From a virus (lineage: Duplodnaviria; Caudoviricetes): a stretch of 64,000 bases of DNA. Position 1 is the first letter of the stretch; each line of letters opens with the position of its first letter. The position numbers were made by a program, and so were the translations under genes. The DNA is taken from positions 1 through 64,000 of IMG/VR virus record IMGVR_UViG_3300011701_000001; one strand, given 5' to 3'. Positions 1-7,861 of this stretch are shown here, piece by piece. The notes under the pieces are model-generated. The model was not told where the DNA came from and did not search any database. It saw nothing but the letters and a program-made list of their open reading frames with translations.

Positions 1-781
1 AGTCGGCAACATCACCCAACAAGAGCTGGAAAAGCAACCAAACCAAGCCACTACCCTTGATACCATACGAGGTTTCCCATAACTCACCAATACCACCCTT
101 ATATTGCTTAACCTCACAGGTCATAGGGTTGTACACCAGAGGGTCATATCTCCACTCTTGCCAGAAGTCTTTATCAACTCCATAAGTGATAGCTTTAATC
201 CCTTGCCTATGCAACTCATACATTCTGATTTGAACGAAATCGTCTGTCTCTACAGAGCAAACACGATAACCATCTAGAGCCTTAAGAACAAAATCTTTGC
301 ACTCTTTCAGATAAGTTGGTCGGTAGTTACCCTCACGATCTTTGTACTTTGTTGGCAATGGTAGTTTATTCCTAAAGTTTCCACTTCCTTCTACATATAG
401 TTCTGCATGTGTTGCTCCAGAATTACGCATAGCAACCTTCAAGGCTTGTTTCAGCGTGTTTAGGCAATAACTTAACGGTTCTGACTCCACAATATCTTCA
501 ACTGTGTAATCATTAAAATCTTTACTTTTTTTCTCACACCATTCTTTAAACTCTGTGCGATGCTTAAAATCTTTAGTGATTCCTTTGCTATTAGTGATAC
601 GTACAAATCTGTTATCTACCATAGCTGCTACTCGATAGCAAAAAACGTCTGCATCAAATACTAAAACAACATCACCCTCTTTATATTCTTTACGAGGAAT
701 GTCTTTTGGGTGGTATTCCACATCCCACCACTCTTTAATTGGGAATTGCTTTTCAGCACTCTGGAACTGTTTATTTGTCAA
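1..781 (-). CDS. 5'-3' exonuclease (T7 gp6/PIN-like), partial; runs off the window start
   Basis: Manual translation from TTG at 781 after an AGGAG RBS gives MTNKQFQ...VLVFDADVFCY...GNFR...Y...ETDD...DKD...GD, the acidic motif set of phage flap exonucleases. Not in the ORF track because the stop lies outside the window. Confidence 0.85.
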   Translation of the reverse strand, partial: MTNKQFQSAEKQFPIKEWWDVEYHPKDIPRKEYKEGDVVLVFDADVFCYRVAAMVDNRFVRITNSKGITKDFKHRTEFKEWCEKKSKDFNDYTVEDIVESEPLSYCLNTLKQALKVAMRNSGATHAELYVEGSGNFRNKLPLPTKYKDREGNYRPTYLKECKDFVLKALDGYRVCSVETDDFVQIRMYELHRQGIKAITYGVDKDFWQEWRYDPLVYNPMTCEVKQYKGGIGELWETSYGIKGSGLVWLLFQLLLGDVAD

Positions 782-804
782 AACTTTCTCCTTTATGAAA
801 TAAA

Positions 805-833
805 TAAACCCCAAGATTTCTCTCAGGGCTTTT
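805..833 (-). terminator. Probable intrinsic terminator
   Basis: Imperfect GC hairpin (CCC...GGG) flanked by A/T runs between genes. Confidence 0.4.
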
Positions 834-1059
834 GAATTTAATTCAATACTTTCAGAAACCTTTAGGTTAATCTTTCAACTCAACCTCTGTGGCTGAAACA
901 TTTGTGATAATTACCGAGATGAAAATTAACACCCACAAAGTCATAAAGATTGCAAAACCCCACATTGGTAGTGCGTAGAAGTCAAAGAACATATACGCAA
1001 AGAAGGGTGTTAATATACTGTACTTTAATGGTAAGTTTTTACGGCTTAAATGTTTACGT

Positions 1060-1476
1060 TTAATCACAATCTTCCTCGTCATCAGTTGTGTTACTTGCGG
1101 ATTCTTTATCCGTAAGCTCTTTAACAACCTCAAGAACATCAACATAAGAAGTTTTCTCTTGAATAATATCTGTCAGATTACCACTATCATAATCAGAGAT
1201 TAAACTCTTAAACTTAGCAACAGATAATCCTAAGTTCTCAGCACTAGCTTTAATATCTTCACGTAACCCTTCAGCGCGTTGCTTCTGCAATTCAATATCT
1301 TTAGCTAAACGTTTAATCTGAAACACTAAAGCTTCACGTTTTTCTTTTGATGTCAAAATGTCATCCATTGCCTGTGTATCTTTTTCTTTAGCAGAAGGTC
1401 GCCCTGCTTTACCACGCTGAAACTCTTGCTTAACAACACTGGTTAATTGTTCTTGTGTAATCTCAATAAAACTCAT
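1060..1476 (-). CDS. Small dsDNA-binding protein, T4 DsbA/GapR-like
   Basis: Helical segment QIKRLAKDIELQKQRAEGLREDIKASAENLGLSVAKFKSLI resembles the DsbA/GapR family; strong RBS. Confidence 0.5.
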   Translation of the reverse strand: MSFIEITQEQLTSVVKQEFQRGKAGRPSAKEKDTQAMDDILTSKEKREALVFQIKRLAKDIELQKQRAEGLREDIKASAENLGLSVAKFKSLISDYDSGNLTDIIQEKTSYVDVLEVVKELTDKESASNTTDDEEDCD

Positions 1477-1643
1477 TATTTAATCTCCTTAATATCAATC
1501 TCTGTATTATCAGCATCCACTGTACTCAAATCACCCAAAAAATCAAATACACTCTCTTCAGCAAGATCTTCATTCTTTGCCTCAACGTTAACTTTAAATG
1601 TTAGAGTTATGGTTGCTTCATAATCGTTTAACTTATCACTCAT
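1476..1643 (-). CDS. Small hypothetical protein (55 aa, MSDKLNDYE...KEIK)
   Basis: Manual ORF with TAAGGAG RBS and TAATG coupling; below the ORF track cutoff. Confidence 0.7.
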   Translation of the reverse strand: MSDKLNDYEATITLTFKVNVEAKNEDLAEESVFDFLGDLSTVDADNTEIDIKEIK

Positions 1644-1822
1644 TATTTAATCTCCTTAACATTATCAATAGTGATTGGCGAAGTGCACACTGTTAGGTCG
1701 TACAAACCTCTACTCTCTAAATGCTCAATAACCAATGATTCAGCATCATCCTCGTTATTCTCTTCCACTTCAATGTAGAAATTTACAGAACAAGATACTT
1801 CGTACAACTTTACATCACTCAT
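1643..1822 (-). CDS. Small hypothetical protein (59 aa, MSDVKLYE...KEIK), paralog of 1476..1643
   Basis: Manual ORF, coupled to both neighbours, similar sequence to the adjacent ORF. Confidence 0.7.
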   Translation of the reverse strand: MSDVKLYEVSCSVNFYIEVEENNEDDAESLVIEHLESRGLYDLTVCTSPITIDNVKEIK

Positions 1823-2043
1823 TGCACTTTCTCCATCTCTTTAATTAATTCTTTAGCAATGTGCAAATCATCTGGATACATCTGGTGCATTCTCTTAAGG
1901 ATTTCTTTTCGCTGTGGTAACATGTGCATTGGAGGTAGAAAATCTGGTAACTCATACTTCTTGCGAATTTCATTAACCCAAGATTCTTTAGCCATTTCCT
2001 TACCAACACAATGAACAAGGCTTTCAAAATATTGACTGCTCAT
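1819..2043 (-). CDS. Hypothetical protein
   Basis: ORF track; GGAG RBS; overlapping start/stop with neighbour. Confidence 0.7.
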   Translation of the reverse strand: MSSQYFESLVHCVGKEMAKESWVNEIRKKYELPDFLPPMHMLPQRKEILKRMHQMYPDDLHIAKELIKEMEKVQ

Positions 2044-2193
2044 TAGTTATTCTCCACATTGAGGTGCGAAATGTTATCTCCATCAATAACACGTTGATCA
2101 ATAATCAAAGATAGAACATCGTATAAGTATTCAAGTTGTTTCAAATCTAAACTGTGAAACATTTCACCAATCTTTTGTTCATCATAAACAATA

Positions 2194-2580
2194 TCATTCA
2201 CTTTCAATATCTCCTAAAATTTCATCAATTGAATTTAAAACTTCTTCTTCATTCTCTTTAATACGTCTCTCATTCTCTTCTTGAGCACGTTTAAGTTTTC
2301 TCTCATTAATCTCTTTAATAAGGTTTTTCTTGAAGTTAACTCCACCATAATTCTTTTGCATATAAGCTGAATATTTCTGACGAGATAATGTTGTAATATC
2401 TTCTAACAATGCAGGGTCTCTACGCCATAACTCCATAATCAACCTACGAGTTAAACGCTCAAGCTCTTTATCACCATAAAATCCTTTAGAGATGTTCCTT
2501 TTAAACTCTTGGAGAATGAAACTACTATTTACTGTGACAACTGCTGTACTACGCCTATTGTCATAAGGGTTTCTAGCCAT
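2194..2580 (-). CDS. Hypothetical protein (start revised to MARNPY)
   Basis: AAGGA RBS precedes ATG at 2580; the longer track ORF overlaps the tRNA. Confidence 0.7.
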   Translation of the reverse strand: MARNPYDNRRSTAVVTVNSSFILQEFKRNISKGFYGDKELERLTRRLIMELWRRDPALLEDITTLSRQKYSAYMQKNYGGVNFKKNLIKEINERKLKRAQEENERRIKENEEEVLNSIDEILGDIESE

Positions 2581-2605
2581 TGTGTTTTGTTCCTTAAAAT
2601 ATGTT

Positions 2606-2682
2606 TGGTGCGCCATGTAGAACTCGAATCTACAACCGTTACCTTAGAGGGGTATTGCTCTGTCCAGTTGAGCTAATGGCGC
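2606..2682 (-). tRNA. tRNA-Arg(UCU) with encoded CCA
   Basis: Cloverleaf read by hand: acceptor GCGCCAT/ATGGCGC, D-arm GCTC-AACTGGACA-GAGC (A20 Arg identity element), anticodon loop CCTCTAA, T-arm GTAGA-TTCGAGT-TCTAC, ACCA end. Confidence 0.93.
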
Positions 2683-2733
2683 TATAAGAAAGAGCCAACC
2701 GAAGTAAGCTCCCTAAGTTTAACTTAACAATTA

Positions 2734-3369
2734 TTAGAAATCATCGTCATCATCTGATGTAGAACCAATAACTACTTCTTGTTGTTGTGCTTGCTTTGGA
2801 GCTTCAGCCAAGCTTTTAACATTACCAAGAACATTGTAGTTAGCACCACCAGAAGCAGATTGCTCAACAACTACTAAATCATCAACTCGAATAGCTTGTA
2901 GTTTAGCAAATGTACCGAAGTCATTTGAATTAGTTTGGAATTGAACCGTACCAACACTGCCATTTCCAACCAGCTTATCAAAAGTAATATCCTCAAGATT
3001 ACCTTCACCATCTGATAAGAATACACGAGGGATGTATTGTTCAGGGATTGGTACAAGTTGTCCTGTAGTTTTATCCTTATACTGTGCAGCTTTCTTCATC
3101 TTAATAACGAATTGCTCATCACCATCAAAAGGAACTTTCTCAGATTTAAACTTCTCCAAGAACTCATCATTATCAAGCTCTTTAGCTTTTTGCTTAGGAA
3201 ATTGTTTGTTCCACGCTTTAGCTGTAGCTTTATCAACAACAACATCTACTGTGTACTCACGTTCTGTTTGACTACCGAACTTTAAAGATGGTGTTTTAAT
3301 CTTCGTATAATAAAGAACAGCGTTCTCGATAATACCTTGTTCAAAATTAACATTTACTGAATTAGCCAT
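2734..3369 (-). CDS. ssb: Single-stranded DNA-binding protein (T7 gp2.5-like)
   Basis: OB-fold-like pattern (LVGNGS...AKLQAIRV), acidic tail ending DDDDF; GGAGG RBS before MANSVN. Confidence 0.8.
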   Translation of the reverse strand: MANSVNVNFEQGIIENAVLYYTKIKTPSLKFGSQTEREYTVDVVVDKATAKAWNKQFPKQKAKELDNDEFLEKFKSEKVPFDGDEQFVIKMKKAAQYKDKTTGQLVPIPEQYIPRVFLSDGEGNLEDITFDKLVGNGSVGTVQFQTNSNDFGTFAKLQAIRVDDLVVVEQSASGGANYNVLGNVKSLAEAPKQAQQQEVVIGSTSDDDDDF

Positions 3370-3581
3370 GTATTCCTCCATAGAATAATTGAATAGGACA
3401 TTAACAGTTCCTATTGGCATGTTTATAGAACTTTATGTTCTGCTTAAATAAAAATAATAAAACACCTAGAGATTTAAACATAGAGTCTAAATTCAATAGG
3501 TGTTTGTGTGTGAGATTGCAGTAGTTTATATGTAAATCACAAAAGGGTTAATGATATTCCACTGCAATCTCTATGTGGTGT

Positions 3582-3610
3582 ATTGTAGACAAATACGAAA
3601 TACGTGTCAA
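3582..3610 (-). promoter_or_regulatory. Sigma70-type promoter for ssb
   Basis: TTGACA-17 bp-TACAAT. Confidence 0.8.
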
Positions 3611-3628
3611 TACATTTTTATAAAATAT

Positions 3629-4414
3629 TTAATTTAATTTATCACCAAAGTCATTCTTAATACTTTCACGAAGTTCTTCAGCAAAGAATATAATCTTGTT
3701 AGCATCGTATAAAGCATCAATACCTTGCTTACCACCACCTTTCTTCCATTCCTGAATACGCTTCAAGGCTTTAGTGATGTCTTTGCAATCAGAATCATTA
3801 TCGTATACATAGCGTGTAATGTCTTTGATTTCAATTCCACCTTTTTCAACAATTTTATCAATCATATGTTGAGGTAGTTTTGTAAAGTAATAACTACTAC
3901 TTCCACCATCTGATTTAATAGGTGTCTTTTCAGATTCATTTGAGTTGTCAATTAATGGTTTAGTTAAAACTGATACTGGTAAATCATCTTGTTCTGATTT
4001 TTCATCGCTTCCAACCTTCTTAATCTGATCAACGCCCACTACAAATATCCGCCCATTAGTGGTTTCTAAGTGTATAGAATCCTTTGAGCGAATGCGGTTG
4101 ATCTGATACTTCTCTCCAACAACCCCCCCATACATATTTTCCCATTTCGTACTGTCATCATACTTTATGAAAACAACCTCATCGCCAACCTTATAGTCGA
4201 TCTCATCTCTAACAACCTCAACATCTTTTGATGAAATCGACCATAACTCATTATCACAATAAACCTGTAAATCCATTCCGCAATCTTCGATAAACCTACA
4301 GAACTCCACAACCTTATCTATTTCCAGATTAGAGTCACCAACATTAGTGTAATCTAAAGAAACAATCTTCAGTTTATCACCACTTTTTAAACTTTCATAC
4401 TCTTGCTTATTCAT
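3629..4414 (-). CDS. Hypothetical protein with N-terminal SH3-like repeats and a C-terminal DUF3310-like domain
   Basis: LKSGDKLKIV and YKVGDEVVFI repeats; IKSDGGSSSYY motif. Confidence 0.55.
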   Translation of the reverse strand: MNKQEYESLKSGDKLKIVSLDYTNVGDSNLEIDKVVEFCRFIEDCGMDLQVYCDNELWSISSKDVEVVRDEIDYKVGDEVVFIKYDDSTKWENMYGGVVGEKYQINRIRSKDSIHLETTNGRIFVVGVDQIKKVGSDEKSEQDDLPVSVLTKPLIDNSNESEKTPIKSDGGSSSYYFTKLPQHMIDKIVEKGGIEIKDITRYVYDNDSDCKDITKALKRIQEWKKGGGKQGIDALYDANKIIFFAEELRESIKNDFGDKLN

Positions 4415-4616
4415 TATTTCTCCAATTGTTGTTTAACTAAACGTTTCACTTGAGCTAATGTTAAATCATCTTTATCTGAAACACAATACCCTTTAATACA
4501 TTTTAAGCGCAAGTCTGACGACTTGCAAGCCCATGTATCATTATATCTTTTACACAACCTCGTAGCAACCGAGGGCGATAAGCCCTCATCCACTATGAAG
4601 TGTTGATTGTCGGTAG

Positions 4617-6851
4617 TTAGGATGTAGATGTTGATTTGTAAACCTCCTTTTTAAATGGTTCTAAGAGTTTCTGAACTTCATTAATGTAATAATCATAATT
4701 AATATCCCAAGAGAAATCTTTCATGTTATTACACGTTTTAACCTTATACGAACTCTCAATACTAAGTCTACGATCTTCACCACCTTCAACTAATGGAGGC
4801 ATAATTTTAACAAGTTTACCGCCACTTTCAGAAGGATAATATCGACAAATATTCTGTTGCTCAATATCTTCACCATCGACTTCTAACACCAATCGACTAG
4901 AACGAGGAACTTTAGTACGCAACATAAAATCAAAAGGATTGTCATGATTCCTAATAAAAGAAATAGCATCTCCACCATCAACAATCTCATGAGCAACTGC
5001 CATTTGAATAACTGTAGCTGAATGATTCTTGTGCATTGCACCAAGCTCCTGATTAATAAATGGTAGAAACTCGTAAGCACCTTTATATTTAACCTTACCA
5101 CTCGTGTAGATTGCTAGATAGTTATTTACATCGCGTATGTGCATTGATGAATAATAAGCATCTTCCATAGTGAGACCTGTAACCTTCTCCCATCTTTCTA
5201 CATGAATCTTCATTTCATCAAGCTTAGATTTGGGTATCTTAAAGGTCACACCGTCTGTATTAATTTGGACAACTCTAATAGAGCAAACTTCTATCAACCT
5301 TTCAACCAGCATACACAAACTCAACTGTCCACCAATCGTAATCGACATTGTATATTTCGGATCATAAAAAGGGGAGTATTGGTTATTTGAGTTTCCGTAT
5401 GTAGCATTCAATCCTAGTTTGATTGCCAAATTCTCACCAGTACCCTTAGCATAATTACCGCGTTCTTTGTAGAAGTCCTCATAACTATCACAGAATTTTT
5501 CACTAAGGTGTTCTGGATAAATTCTATTACTAATAGCCATATTTGGGTAGTACGAAGCAACATCAAGGTCAATCACGTAATGATCACTATCTTCAGCAAC
5601 CACACCACACACACTGCCATGAATTCCACCCACACCATAGTCATATCTAAACCCATCAATTACAACGTTTAATGTCTCAGCAACATTATAACAACCATAG
5701 TAAGACTTCTTAGGTACTTTTACACTACGAAGTTTAGTCTTACCTTTTTCATCAATATACTCTTCTTTAACAATGTTACCATCAGTATCTCGAACAATCT
5801 CCATTGCTTTAAGTTCTTCTTCAACAACCCAACCCATAGGATGATCTTTCTTGAATAATGCAATATCTTCTTCAGTAGGTTTACCCTTAAACTTAACACG
5901 CTTAGTAACCATCTCAGCATGATTTGATACATCACCTAGTAAGTGTTCTTCAATGTCAGAAAAAACACCTTTAGTTTCCGTAATAACTTGCTTTTTTAAC
6001 CAATCGTGAATCGCTTTAAATTCAGGTCGCTTAAATCGAATATAAGGAAATAAACAATCTTTAACAACAATACGATCACGTTTTGTTTGACGCATTACTC
6101 GCTTACCAGATGATGAATGGTCATAGAAAGCGTAAGGGTTTTCAGCCTCAATACGCTTCATAAAGAACTGCTCACCAATCTTTGAATCATTTAGGTTTGT
6201 ACAATCAAAACCATACTTGACTGTTAAATCCTCACGAAACAGGATAGCATCCAAACAAAACTCGTAAAACTTTTTAGTTGCGTAAATATCTGAGAAGTTA
6301 TATTCAACAAGAGTTTCAATCTCAGAATTCGTCAACTTCTTTCCAACAGGAAAAGGTAAATCCTCAATACTATCAAGACGCATGTTAAACTCTAACAACT
6401 TCAAAGAAGTCATTTTAGCTTTATTGTCATAATGGTTGATCTTAAATAAATCTAACTGTTTAATAACAACATCAGAGTCTTTAACACTAATTCCAAAACC
6501 TTCTCCACGATGACTATCAATAACTTTCATTGCGTATTTGTAGATAGTAGAAGATGTCAGGTTTAACTTCTTACCCTCTTGTTTGGCTTTCTTTGCTCGA
6601 CCAATAATCCAATGAATTACGCAACTATCAAACCCTAGATTATTAAAGCCCACTAGACGCTTATTTTCTTTTTTACACATGCGAAAGAAAGAAAGAAGCT
6701 CTTGTAATTCCACCTTTCTATCTGAAATCTCAAAAACACCCTCTTTAGAACCATCTGCATAAACATAAGCTAGTGTGAAGCAGTTTGGGAAAGTTTCACA
6801 GTCGTAGATTATGTCATTGATTATAAAAGGATATTTATATAAATCAATCAT
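4617..6851 (-). CDS. Family B DNA polymerase with 3'-5' exonuclease domain
   Basis: Exo YDCE and GFNNLGFD motifs; Pol motif A DVASYYP, motif B KLGLNATYG, motif C NTDG. Confidence 0.93.
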   Translation of the reverse strand: MIDLYKYPFIINDIIYDCETFPNCFTLAYVYADGSKEGVFEISDRKVELQELLSFFRMCKKENKRLVGFNNLGFDSCVIHWIIGRAKKAKQEGKKLNLTSSTIYKYAMKVIDSHRGEGFGISVKDSDVVIKQLDLFKINHYDNKAKMTSLKLLEFNMRLDSIEDLPFPVGKKLTNSEIETLVEYNFSDIYATKKFYEFCLDAILFREDLTVKYGFDCTNLNDSKIGEQFFMKRIEAENPYAFYDHSSSGKRVMRQTKRDRIVVKDCLFPYIRFKRPEFKAIHDWLKKQVITETKGVFSDIEEHLLGDVSNHAEMVTKRVKFKGKPTEEDIALFKKDHPMGWVVEEELKAMEIVRDTDGNIVKEEYIDEKGKTKLRSVKVPKKSYYGCYNVAETLNVVIDGFRYDYGVGGIHGSVCGVVAEDSDHYVIDLDVASYYPNMAISNRIYPEHLSEKFCDSYEDFYKERGNYAKGTGENLAIKLGLNATYGNSNNQYSPFYDPKYTMSITIGGQLSLCMLVERLIEVCSIRVVQINTDGVTFKIPKSKLDEMKIHVERWEKVTGLTMEDAYYSSMHIRDVNNYLAIYTSGKVKYKGAYEFLPFINQELGAMHKNHSATVIQMAVAHEIVDGGDAISFIRNHDNPFDFMLRTKVPRSSRLVLEVDGEDIEQQNICRYYPSESGGKLVKIMPPLVEGGEDRRLSIESSYKVKTCNNMKDFSWDINYDYYINEVQKLLEPFKKEVYKSTSTS

Positions 6852-6886
6852 TACTTCCTCCTTAATTTTGCACTATGTTATCAAAC

Positions 6887-7807
6887 TTAACCTAACAATT
6901 CAAGCAACTTAACAACATCGTTAGGGTCTAACTTAAAACACTCAGTTTCGCCATCAAAACTAATTAAAGGTTTGTATGAATCTTCGACAAACTCAGTATG
7001 TAAAATCTTCTCAACATCCCAAGAATCTCCTGAATAAGAATACTCCTGTGAATGTAATAACTCAACATTATACATGTTATTCGTGTCTTTTCTAATATCA
7101 TTAGCTCTAGAATGAGGGTTTAGTGATATACCTATCTTATAAAACAATTCAGTGTCATTACTTAGTTTTAATAAATAAACATTTGAACTTCTTTCACCAC
7201 AAACCCTAACATAGTCACTCTTACCATACCCACCAGTAATTAAACCACATTTTTGACATCCGTTTCCATTATGATGATAATACGCAACAACATCAAACCA
7301 ACCGTGCTCAGGACAACCAACAGTAACAATCTCTCTAGCACCTTTAAATACAGTCCTAGAATAATCATATCTATCACCATGTTTCTTCTTAACGTTTTCA
7401 ATATACTGTTCAGTTGTTAGTACTGGTTTCCTCTTTTCTTCATTACAGCATTCAATACAACTCATACCATTATTCATCAACCAGTTAGGTTTTGTTTTAA
7501 TATCACCATGAATTTTACAGGTTACAGTCGTATATTCCAACGCTTTAACATAATTAAATTTTGAAAAATCACAACGATCATCAATGTCTTGAAATTTTTC
7601 TCTTAACTTAAATAAGAAATAGTTGTTTTTATCTAATGCTGACTTCATACCCAAACCAGTAGTACCTCTACCCATCATATCCCTAAGTAGTTTATGAGCA
7701 AAACCATTCTGGTCTTCCACATATAAGTACCTACCAACCTCTTTAATTAATCTTACATTATAATTCTCACACATTTCAACAGCATGATACTTTCTAATAT
7801 TTGCCAC
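6887..7807 (-). CDS. Putative homing endonuclease: DUF723-like Zn repeats plus C-terminal GIY-YIG-like (T5orf172-type) domain
   Basis: CKIHG...CIEC and CPEHG...CQKC repeats; VYLLKL...YKIGIS...R...E...G.TECF. Confidence 0.7.
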   Translation of the reverse strand: MANIRKYHAVEMCENYNVRLIKEVGRYLYVEDQNGFAHKLLRDMMGRGTTGLGMKSALDKNNYFLFKLREKFQDIDDRCDFSKFNYVKALEYTTVTCKIHGDIKTKPNWLMNNGMSCIECCNEEKRKPVLTTEQYIENVKKKHGDRYDYSRTVFKGAREIVTVGCPEHGWFDVVAYYHHNGNGCQKCGLITGGYGKSDYVRVCGERSSNVYLLKLSNDTELFYKIGISLNPHSRANDIRKDTNNMYNVELLHSQEYSYSGDSWDVEKILHTEFVEDSYKPLISFDGETECFKLDPNDVVKLLELLG

Positions 7808-7822
7808 AATTTCTCCATAAAT

Positions 7823-7845
7823 AAAAAGAGGTCTTTCGACCTCCC
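7823..7845 (-). terminator. Intrinsic terminator after primase-helicase
   Basis: GAGGTC-GAAA-GACCTC followed by a T-run on the minus strand; identical 16-mer at 61149..61164. Confidence 0.8.
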
Positions 7846-7861
7846 GTTTAAGAAATTAAGA

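Noticed and set aside
867-1145. Full 92-aa ORF as given in the track
   Set aside because: Its 5' part overlaps 1060..1476 out of frame. Only the 3' hydrophobic part is plausibly a small membrane gene, and its start is uncertain.
2581-2616. N-terminal extension of ORF 2194..2616
   Set aside because: It overlaps the tRNA 3' end, and a better RBS precedes ATG 2580.
2641-2660. Reading the tRNA anticodon as CUA (amber suppressor)
   Set aside because: Centring CUA destroys the anticodon stem. The TACC/GGTA stem centres UCU, A20 marks Arg identity, and genes ending in TAG show no sign of recoding.
5690-5930. Lys/Glu-rich insertion in the DNA polymerase as an intein or intron
   Set aside because: The frame is continuous, and there are no C/S...HN intein ends or endonuclease motifs.
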